DNA of 64,000 bases from Clostridiales bacterium (GTDB lineage Bacteria > Bacillota > Clostridia > Acetivibrionales > RGIG10202), in assembly GCA_017961515.1 (NCBI GenBank), contig JAGCXC010000092.1:15626-79625 (forward strand). The letters run 5' to 3'. This document shows positions 1 to 7,374 of the stretch, piece by piece. The stretch's first letter is position 1; each line of letters starts with the position of its first letter. Position numbers and translations under genes: made by a program. The notes below the pieces were generated by a model that was not told the origin of the DNA, did no database searches, and was given only the letters and a program-made list of their open reading frames with translations.

Positions 1-1389
1 TAACAAAGTATCTTTTATATACTCTGTTCCTCTCCTATGATGATCTATTATAACAATTCTGCTCGTATATTTCAATAAATCTTCACATTCTGTTATACTT
101 TGTTTATTTGTGTCTACTATAACTAACAAAGTATTAGACTCTATCCTCTCTAACGCTTCTTCCGCATTTACAAAAGTATCTCCAAATCTTTCTTTTCCAG
201 ATAGTTTGGTTATCATATTATTTATATTCACATTTGAATTATTAAGCACAATATTCGCTTGTTTATTCAAATTTTTACATATGCTCCACACGCCCAAAGC
301 TGCACCTAATGCATCCATATCACAATTTTTATGACCCATTATTAGCACATTCTCAGATTGCTCTATTAGATCTTTTAGGGCATACGCTACAACTCTAGCT
401 TTTACTTTTGTTCTCTTCTCTGCCTGTATTGTATTTCCTCCATAAAAATACGTTTCCTCTTTATCTTTTATTACTACCTGGTCTCCGCCTCTACCTAAAG
501 CTATATCTAATGCATCCTTAGCACAATTTAAATTGTCTATGTAAGTATCATGGTCCATACCAAATCCAAGACTTACTGTAAGTGGTATAGTATTACCCAT
601 ACGTATTTTTTTCACCATCTCTAATATTTTAAAGTCTTCTTTCTCAAGCTTACTCATCCACTGCGCCTCTAGAATTAATATATATTTATCTCTTTCTACT
701 TTCCTTGCAATAGCTCCCGTTTCATCTAACCAGTTTTGTATCGTCTTGTCCAATTCTAATAACATTTCTTGCCTTTTCTCATCATCAATAGACAAAATTA
801 AATCTTCATAACAATCTATATACAATATACCCACAACAAACTTTTCATTACTATATCTTTCTCGAAGTTCTATTATCTCTGTCCTATCTAGCAGATAGTA
901 CAACAAAATAAAATTATCTTCGCTAATCGCCTTTCCTATCTTTCTATATTCGCATTTTACTGTATATTTCCTGTCTCCTAATACAATTGTACTGTTATAG
1001 TCTTCTTTTGTGGCTAAAAACTCCTTAGGATCCAACTCACGCGAAATATTTTGTATTTTTGTAGAAAAAGTTTGCACTCCCTCTAATATTTCTTGAAATT
1101 TTTTGTTCTTCCACACTATCCTACCATCAATCTCAACAGCAACCATAGGTATAGGCACATCTATCGCTACAGCCTCTTTCTCTAATTTTATTCCCTCTAG
1201 CTTCTTTATAACCTCTTTCTTTCTATCTCTTGCAAAATTAATTTCACAATACACAATTAACGCAATAATCATAAGCCCTATAATAAGGCTCTTCCAATCT
1301 TTGCCACTGCACAATTTTATCAAAATCAATATAGCAATTATATACACTCTCTTTGATACACTAAGCTTTGGCTTAAATATCATAATCAT
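1..1389 (-). CDS. gdpP: cyclic-di-AMP phosphodiesterase GdpP, N-terminal 463 codons (3' end lies beyond the window edge)
   Basis: Absent from the ORF track because the frame is open to position 1. My own translation from ATG 1389 (ATG 1383 also possible, GGAG just upstream) has no stop in 463 codons. It shows two N-terminal TM helices, a degenerate GGDEF-like segment (SLGFG...LGRGGDQVV), then DHH motifs LIMGHKNCDMDALGAA, LLVIVDTN and VIIDHHRRG. Confidence 0.8.
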   Translation of the reverse strand, partial: MIMIFKPKLSVSKRVYIIAILILIKLCSGKDWKSLIIGLMIIALIVYCEINFARDRKKEVIKKLEGIKLEKEAVAIDVPIPMVAVEIDGRIVWKNKKFQEILEGVQTFSTKIQNISRELDPKEFLATKEDYNSTIVLGDRKYTVKCEYRKIGKAISEDNFILLYYLLDRTEIIELRERYSNEKFVVGILYIDCYEDLILSIDDEKRQEMLLELDKTIQNWLDETGAIARKVERDKYILILEAQWMSKLEKEDFKILEMVKKIRMGNTIPLTVSLGFGMDHDTYIDNLNCAKDALDIALGRGGDQVVIKDKEETYFYGGNTIQAEKRTKVKARVVAYALKDLIEQSENVLIMGHKNCDMDALGAALGVWSICKNLNKQANIVLNNSNVNINNMITKLSGKERFGDTFVNAEEALERIESNTLLVIVDTNKQSITECEDLLKYTSRIVIIDHHRRGTEYIKDTLL

Positions 1390-1401
1390 CTCCGTCCATT
1401 C

Positions 1402-1731
1402 TTATTTGTTTTGAATCCTACACAAGTTCATATGTCTTGATAGCTCTGTTAAATCCCCATAGTATTTTTCAACATCATTTTTTTCTAACAATCCTATCTT
1501 TATCTTCTTTTCAATCTTTAGCTCGATCGAGTTATAACTTATACCCAATCTTTTTCCAAGTAAATACGCTATCAAAATAACATTCGCAAGCACATTAGCA
1601 ATAGAATCATGCACCTCTTCCTTCATTCCATGCGCCAATATTTTAAAAAGATTCGCAACCTCTAACAATAGTTCTCCCTTAAGCCACTCTATTACCTTTA
1701 TGTTCCTTGTTATGTCTATCTCTTTATCCAT
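1402..1731 (-). CDS. small MazG-like (all-alpha NTP pyrophosphohydrolase-like) family protein
   Basis: 109-aa ORF ending 12 nt upstream of the gdpP start. It is helical, and the segment EEVHDSIANVLANVILIAYLLGKRLGISY resembles clostridial proteins I remember as annotated MazG-like. The assignment is from memory only. Confidence 0.45.
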   Translation of the reverse strand: MDKEIDITRNIKVIEWLKGELLLEVANLFKILAHGMKEEVHDSIANVLANVILIAYLLGKRLGISYNSIELKIEKKIKIGLLEKNDVEKYYGDLTELSRHMNLCRIQNK

Positions 1732-1804
1732 TTGTCACACAATTTCCTCTCTTTTTTTTTGCACCCCATATTATTGTACAACAAATGGCTTTTTTTTACA
1801 ATAG

Positions 1805-2278
1805 TTATTCAAAATTCCATTTACTATATGGATTTTTAATTAAGTTAACATTATAATATCTGTCATCATAAGTAACTTCATCTCCTACCCATTCTGGTAT
1901 ATCAAACAACTCTTCTTCATTTTCTAGTTCTATCTCGGCGATAATTAATCCTTCATTAGCTCCTATAAAACTATCAACTACCCACTCATGTCCATGATAA
2001 AAAATACTATACCTTTTTTTCTCAACTAACAATCCTTCACATAACCGATCCATCATCTCAACAGCGTGTTGCTTTGGTATGGAATACTCATACTCCAATC
2101 TTTTAATACCCTCGTTTTTACTCTTAACTGTAATGTATGCACTATCTCCTACAGTCCTTACCCTAACAACCGCATGGCTTGTGGCTGCGATATAGGCTTG
2201 TCTATATAGCGTGCCCTTTCGTCCATTTAAAATGGTTGCATCCAATACCAAAAATTTTCTTTCTATCTCATATGGCAC
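1805..2278 (-). CDS. CYTH-domain protein (triphosphate tunnel metalloenzyme / CyaB-ThTPase family)
   Basis: 157 aa. N-terminal EIERKFLV (ExExK signature), with size and acidic beta-strand pattern typical of CYTH. Confidence 0.8.
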   Translation of the reverse strand: MPYEIERKFLVLDATILNGRKGTLYRQAYIAATSHAVVRVRTVGDSAYITVKSKNEGIKRLEYEYSIPKQHAVEMMDRLCEGLLVEKKRYSIFYHGHEWVVDSFIGANEGLIIAEIELENEEELFDIPEWVGDEVTYDDRYYNVNLIKNPYSKWNFE

Positions 2279-2305
2279 AATACCTCAACTCCTATGTTTT
2301 TAGAC

Positions 2306-3163
2306 CTAATCCCCTATAAGTCTACAATAAATCTCATCTGCTAACTCTGCAAATTGATTTACACTAAGTGTTTCTCCTCTTTGATTTTCTTTTATACCTA
2401 ATCTATCCAATATTTCTCTAAATTCGTCCTTCGACATCCCAAATTCCCCAGATGTAGCTAGCGCATTTAAAAGGGTTTTCCTTCTCTTACCAAATGCAGA
2501 TCGTACTGTTTTTTTGAAAAATTCCTTACTAATAACAGGTACTTTAGGAACCTTATTTACATCCAATTTTACAACTGCAGAATCCACCTTAGGTTTTGGT
2601 AAAAAACAATTAGCAGATACAGCAAACAACATGTTTACTGTGGCATAAAAATTAGTCGTAACTGTTAATGCCCCATATTCCTTTGTTCCCTCTTTCGCAG
2701 TCATCCTCTGAGCAACTTCTTTTTGGACCATAAATACCATAGAATCAATATCTACTTCCTCCTCTAATAAACTCATTATTATAGGTGTAGTAATATAATA
2801 AGGCAAGTTACCTATTATCTTGATACTTTTGACATTCGACATCTCCGCTAATGCAACTACATCTACTTCGAGAAAATCTTCATTTATTACCTCAACATTA
2901 CCAAACTCACTTAAATTCGCTTGAAGTGGCTCAATCAATCTCTGATCTTTTTCCACTGCAATAACCTTACCGGCTCTTTTTGCTACCTCTCTTGTCATAT
3001 TCCCAATACCAGGTCCAACTTCAATAACAAGATCATCCTTGGTGATATTCCCTAAATCGACTATCTTTCTTAAGATATTACTATCTACAAGAAAATTTTG
3101 TCCCAAAGATTTTGTAAGTTTTAATCCATACTCTTCTATTATTTTTTTGGTGTCACTCATCAT
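2306..3163 (-). CDS. rsmA: 16S rRNA (adenine-N6,N6)-dimethyltransferase RsmA/KsgA
   Basis: 285 aa. Motifs LGQNFL, SAM-binding VIEVGPGIGNMT and GNLPYYITTPI. Confidence 0.92.
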   Translation of the reverse strand: MMSDTKKIIEEYGLKLTKSLGQNFLVDSNILRKIVDLGNITKDDLVIEVGPGIGNMTREVAKRAGKVIAVEKDQRLIEPLQANLSEFGNVEVINEDFLEVDVVALAEMSNVKSIKIIGNLPYYITTPIIMSLLEEEVDIDSMVFMVQKEVAQRMTAKEGTKEYGALTVTTNFYATVNMLFAVSANCFLPKPKVDSAVVKLDVNKVPKVPVISKEFFKKTVRSAFGKRRKTLLNALATSGEFGMSKDEFREILDRLGIKENQRGETLSVNQFAELADEIYCRLIGD

Positions 3164-3179
3164 GTTATATCATACACCC

Positions 3180-4232
3180 TCAGTCTAAAATATATACTCT
3201 TACATTTCTTCTACCCCAATTTAGGGCATCTACCTTATTTTCATAAAACAGGTCTACTACATTTCCTTTTATTGCCCCACCTGTATCTGCTGCAATTGCA
3301 AAACCATAATCAGGGCCTCTGCCAACTGTTTCTATATATAATCTAGTACCAAGAGGAATAACCCTAGGATCAACAGCTACAACACCTCTTTCTGCTTTCA
3401 TCCCACTAGCTGTTATACCATATCCTTTAGTGCCAGGTCTTTTCCCTGTCTCTTCATATGATGCCGTATAAGCTGATGCCTTCATAGGTATCATCTTTTT
3501 ATACCTAAATGACCTACCCCTTGAAATTTCTTTCCTAGGTGAAGTACCTACCTCTGTTATCTCATCCACTGGCTTCTTTGTAATAACATTTTTTTCAATA
3601 TCTCTTGAGACTTCCTTACCATCATGATATGTAATTTGATACGTTATCTCTCTCTCTCCTGGTACTCCCTTTTGTATTACTCGACTTATTAACCTGTCTA
3701 AATTAATGTTCTCTTTTTTTCTAGACTTGAATGGAACTTTTTCCATTTTAACTTCCTCTTTCTTAGTAACACGAACAAGATCTATATTAATTCCTTCAGT
3801 AATACAATCATTTAAACTATGCCCTCTTACAAAATCAAATTGTTCTAATTTAACATTATCTTCTTCTAATACTTCTTTTATTGTAGCTTTAGTTGTCATC
3901 AACGCGTGCGAATTACCATCCACTTTGATTAAAACAGGTAATGCTCGAGTTATTTTTATCTTACCCTCTGGCAATTTTCTAAGCTTAGTAGACGAATCAA
4001 AATCTAAAACATCATATTCCCCTAATTTTAAACCAATATCATCCATCAACTCTCCTACTGTCTTTATTTTAGTACTCACTTTAGTAACCTTATCATTATC
4101 TAAAATCGTTATCTCTCTTTCCGCATAAAACCCTGTAACCGTAATAGCCACAACCAACAATATCATTGATGTAAACACACTCAATCCATCTATTGAAATA
4201 TGTTTTCTAATATTTCTCCAAAATGGTCCCAT
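3180..4232 (-). CDS. YabE-like cell-wall protein (TM anchor, DUF348-like repeats, G5 domain, C-terminal 3D domain)
   Basis: 350 aa. One N-terminal TM, a G5-like segment (VIQKGVPGEREITYQITYHDGKEV) and a C-terminal 3D-like segment (GVVAVDPRVIPLGTRLYIE...GGAIKGNVVDLF). Confidence 0.7.
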   Translation of the reverse strand: MGPFWRNIRKHISIDGLSVFTSMILLVVAITVTGFYAEREITILDNDKVTKVSTKIKTVGELMDDIGLKLGEYDVLDFDSSTKLRKLPEGKIKITRALPVLIKVDGNSHALMTTKATIKEVLEEDNVKLEQFDFVRGHSLNDCITEGINIDLVRVTKKEEVKMEKVPFKSRKKENINLDRLISRVIQKGVPGEREITYQITYHDGKEVSRDIEKNVITKKPVDEITEVGTSPRKEISRGRSFRYKKMIPMKASAYTASYEETGKRPGTKGYGITASGMKAERGVVAVDPRVIPLGTRLYIETVGRGPDYGFAIAADTGGAIKGNVVDLFYENKVDALNWGRRNVRVYILD

Positions 4233-4305
4233 TAAAACTTTCCTCCTAATTTCTTTCGTTAACTGCTATTCTATAATACTATAATATACAGTATAATTTG
4301 TCAAA

Positions 4306-5259
4306 TCACTTATCAAAAAAATTTACTATGTTGATATTTCCATAATAATGTTTTAGTATATCGTCAAATTTTTTGCCTCGCTTAGCCATTTCATTAGCTC
4401 CCACTTGACAAAGACCCACTCCATGACCACTACCATATACTTTAATTTCTATCTTATTATTTCCTATGTTTACTAATTTAAAATTGGTAGATTTTAACGA
4501 AAATATCTCTCTAAACACCTCTCCTTTTATGATATTTTCTGAAATTTTTACATGTCTTACTCTATCACTTTCATTTCTCTCAATCTCTTTTATATCACTA
4601 AAAACATCAGAAGAAAATTTTATATTGGGATATTTATGTAAAATCTTTTTTTTGAATTCATCTACTGAAAGTCTAACATATGACACATCTTCTGTCCCAA
4701 AACTCTCAACACTTCTTAAGTAAGGTATATCTATAGAGGACCAAATTTCTTTTGAACTTTCAGTTAGGCCTGTACTATTTGAATGAAATAATGGTAGTAT
4801 CAACTCATTATCATAGCAAACAACTTTGCCTGTAGTTTCGTCTACTGCCTTGCTAATTTTATCCCAATTTTTTTCAGCATCATCTTCCCACCCTACTAAA
4901 ATAGCATCTTTTTCCGCATACGCCTGACAATGTGCAAAATCTGTGCACACTGTCGCACCTTTGTGTACTTTTGATTTTTCTTCACTCATCTTTTTATACA
5001 CAAAAGTTCTCACAGCTATAGCCTGTGCCTTTAAGGCCTCTATTTCAAAGAGTGCTGGCATTTCTTTTGCCACAACACACTTTATATATTCTTCCAAAGG
5101 CAAATATACAATTTTGTCATCTTTTTTATAATATACATCAATTTTTTTGCAATATCTACTTTTGATGACACAATCGCCGCTATAACCTTTCAAAATAATA
5201 GTTGGCACTAAAACAACTATACTAATTATAAATAAAATATGTGTAAGTATCTTTTTCAT
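4306..5259 (-). CDS. spoIID: stage II sporulation protein D (SpoIID/LytB family)
   Basis: 317 aa. N-terminal TM, plus EALKAQAIAVRTF, CTDFAHCQAY and GSGHGVGLCQVGANEMAKRG. Confidence 0.85.
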   Translation of the reverse strand: MKKILTHILFIISIVVLVPTIILKGYSGDCVIKSRYCKKIDVYYKKDDKIVYLPLEEYIKCVVAKEMPALFEIEALKAQAIAVRTFVYKKMSEEKSKVHKGATVCTDFAHCQAYAEKDAILVGWEDDAEKNWDKISKAVDETTGKVVCYDNELILPLFHSNSTGLTESSKEIWSSIDIPYLRSVESFGTEDVSYVRLSVDEFKKKILHKYPNIKFSSDVFSDIKEIERNESDRVRHVKISENIIKGEVFREIFSLKSTNFKLVNIGNNKIEIKVYGSGHGVGLCQVGANEMAKRGKKFDDILKHYYGNINIVNFFDK

Positions 5260-5307
5260 ATTACATTATATACTCACACACATGAAATATTCTTGCTAAA
5301 TATTAGA

Positions 5308-5344
5308 TAAAAAAATCCCTACACCCTGTTATTAGATGTAGGAA
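5308..5344 (-). terminator. rho-independent terminator after the 559-aa ankyrin gene
   Basis: Read on the minus strand: TTCCTACA-N13-TGTAGGGA (8-bp stem with one C-A mismatch) followed by a run of 8 T. It lies 24 nt past the stop codon. Confidence 0.7.
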
Positions 5345-5367
5345 TCTTAATTAGATTATTCTAACCA

Positions 5368-7047
5368 TTACGCTTTTTCTTTTCCCTTTGCAATACTTTT
5401 ATTTATTCTTCTTATCTCTTCCGAAAACTTCCCATCTTTATTGTTATCTTGTATAAATAATCTAATTTGAGTGAATAATTTTCTATCTTTTTTTACTCTT
5501 CTTAAACTCTTTTGATCATTTAACACAAACTTTATATTATTTATTGCTGTATTCTTCCACTTGTCTTTCTTAGCTGGTGTTGCGAAAAATTTTCTTATGT
5601 CTCTTATTTTGTTATTAGAGTAATTTTTCATAGTTGAGCTATTAATCTTCTTAACATTTTTCTTCAACTTAATAATATTTTCATCAGCTAACCTTTTTGT
5701 TGTACTAGTAAACATACTTTTACTAATGTCTGCAACTACATTCACTATTTTATTCTTACAGCCTTTCATTCTGTCTTCCAATTCGGATGTTACTTCATTT
5801 GCTACACAACTTGCATTCTTTTTTAGTAAATCTCTCTTAGACTCTGAATCTATATTTTCTAATGTTTCCTTTAGCAAACTATTCAATATTTTTATTGTAT
5901 TGACATTTTTTAAATCTTTGTTTATATTTTTCAAAAACTTATCTAGAGACTTAGCTGTAACTCTAACTGCAACATCGCTTATTCCTCTTTCTCCCTCTAC
6001 ATTGTTCAAAACTTTAATTGTGATATTTTTTACATCTTTCTCTATTAGCTGATAAGCTTTTTTAGCTCTTTTCATTACACTTGTAATTTCATCATACTCT
6101 TTAATCAATGCATTCGTAAATTTAACAATTGCATCAATATCCTTAGCTATTCTATCAATTATACTTAAAGGTGTATCAATCCATTTCTTTTCATCTTCTC
6201 CTAAAGAATCTGACTTTCTTACTCCATCTCTTAGAAAAGCGACGGCAACTCTAATTAGCTTCTTTTGCACTTCTGGCTTTAATAAATAAGACATCAAATA
6301 ATTCCATGACTTAACAAATATACGATCAGTAGTAACTATATCTGTGTTAGCTCCACATTCAATCAACACATCTTTCATAAAATCTTTTTTGTTTTCAATT
6401 GTGTATGTAAGTAATGAATAACCACGATTATCTCTCTTGTTTATATCTACCCCAACCTCAACTAATTTAGATATAATCATTTTCTTTTCTTCATCAGATT
6501 GTTGCCCATCCACAATTGTCCATAGTACAGTCTTTCCTTCATTATCTACAAAATTCAAATCTAAATCATTCTCTTTTAAAACATTTATTAATTCCAATTT
6601 ATCTTTAGCACTAAGCAAATTACTGTTTACTACTCTACATAATATGTTTTCTCCGTAGCTATATGAAAACTCTATTTTTGAACCACTATTTATTAATGTC
6701 TTTGCCAATTTAGCATAACCCTTTTCTATTACAAATTCCAATGGTTTACATAAATCCTTTTGAGACTCGCTCTCTAAGTTCACGTTGTACCTTTGTAACA
6801 ATTCAACCATTTCAACTTTTTTATCCTCGTTTATTGATTCGGAAAATAATACTGCCCAAAGAGGTGTCTTGCCATTTCCATCTAATTTGTTTACATTAAA
6901 TCCTACATTTAATAAAAATTTAGCCCATCTAGTATGGCCTTTCTCACATGCTCTTGTTAATAAAGTCTTTTTGCTTTCTATCTTAAACCAACTCCACACA
7001 TCGCCTAATATCCTTGATAAACTATCCGGATAAAATTTCATAAACAA
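5368..7047 (-). CDS. ankyrin-repeat protein with a lysine-rich helical C-terminal half of unknown function
   Basis: 559 aa. The N-terminal ~230 aa hold 5-6 degenerate ANK repeats (e.g. GKTPLWAV, GKTVLWTIV, GYSLLTYTIENKKDFMKDVLIECGANTD). No signal peptide or TM. The track start is TTG 7047; ATG 7041 is an alternative. Confidence 0.7.
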   Translation of the reverse strand: MFMKFYPDSLSRILGDVWSWFKIESKKTLLTRACEKGHTRWAKFLLNVGFNVNKLDGNGKTPLWAVLFSESINEDKKVEMVELLQRYNVNLESESQKDLCKPLEFVIEKGYAKLAKTLINSGSKIEFSYSYGENILCRVVNSNLLSAKDKLELINVLKENDLDLNFVDNEGKTVLWTIVDGQQSDEEKKMIISKLVEVGVDINKRDNRGYSLLTYTIENKKDFMKDVLIECGANTDIVTTDRIFVKSWNYLMSYLLKPEVQKKLIRVAVAFLRDGVRKSDSLGEDEKKWIDTPLSIIDRIAKDIDAIVKFTNALIKEYDEITSVMKRAKKAYQLIEKDVKNITIKVLNNVEGERGISDVAVRVTAKSLDKFLKNINKDLKNVNTIKILNSLLKETLENIDSESKRDLLKKNASCVANEVTSELEDRMKGCKNKIVNVVADISKSMFTSTTKRLADENIIKLKKNVKKINSSTMKNYSNNKIRDIRKFFATPAKKDKWKNTAINNIKFVLNDQKSLRRVKKDRKLFTQIRLFIQDNNKDGKFSEEIRRINKSIAKGKEKA

Positions 7048-7097
7048 TCAACTACCTTTCCTTAAAACCTCTACAATTCTAAAATTGCATTAATATA

Positions 7098-7126
7098 AGT
7101 TTACAACATGAATATAGAGTTGTCAA
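7098..7126 (-). promoter_or_regulatory. sigma-A-type promoter for the 559-aa ankyrin gene
   Basis: Minus strand TTGACA (7126-7121), 17-nt spacer, TAAACT (7103-7098). About 50 nt upstream of the start codon. Confidence 0.55.
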
Positions 7127-7227
7127 CCAATTGTATCGGTAGTAATTTAGGTATTTTTTTCTTGTAAAACGTAATGTTATGTTGCTCTATTTAACATTCG
7201 TGCGTTTACATGCGGCATGCCTATCAT

Positions 7228-7264
7228 AAAAAAAATAGTATCAATGTCATAAGACACTGATACT
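7228..7264 (-). terminator. rho-independent terminator after the 858-aa ankyrin gene
   Basis: Minus strand AGTATCAGTGTC-TTAT-GACATTGATACT (12-bp stem, one mismatch), then one A and a run of 8 T. Confidence 0.8.
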
Positions 7265-7374
7265 TTAATGCATACGCAAATAAGTCCGCGTAGATTGGCC
7301 ATACTTTGACCACTCCCCATGCTTAAAAGCAGGAGATTCACACTTGTTTGCTAGTTTACAAATATTAAACCCAT

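Noticed and set aside
1766-1797. Imperfect hairpin followed by a T-run, oriented as a plus-strand terminator between the CYTH and MazG-like genes
   Set aside because: There is no plus-strand gene upstream of it. On the minus strand, where the genes lie, the hairpin is followed by an A-run, so it would not terminate. The stem is AT-rich with two mismatches.
7270-7374. Moderately GC-rich patch with a bulged hairpin (7311-7338) and a 39-codon ORF starting at 7297 in the 3' region of the 858-aa ankyrin gene
   Set aside because: The ORF reads straight through the strong terminator hairpin at 7228-7264 and has no known homologue. The patch is most simply the 3' UTR of the ankyrin gene. No tRNA-like features such as a T-arm GGTTCGA are present.
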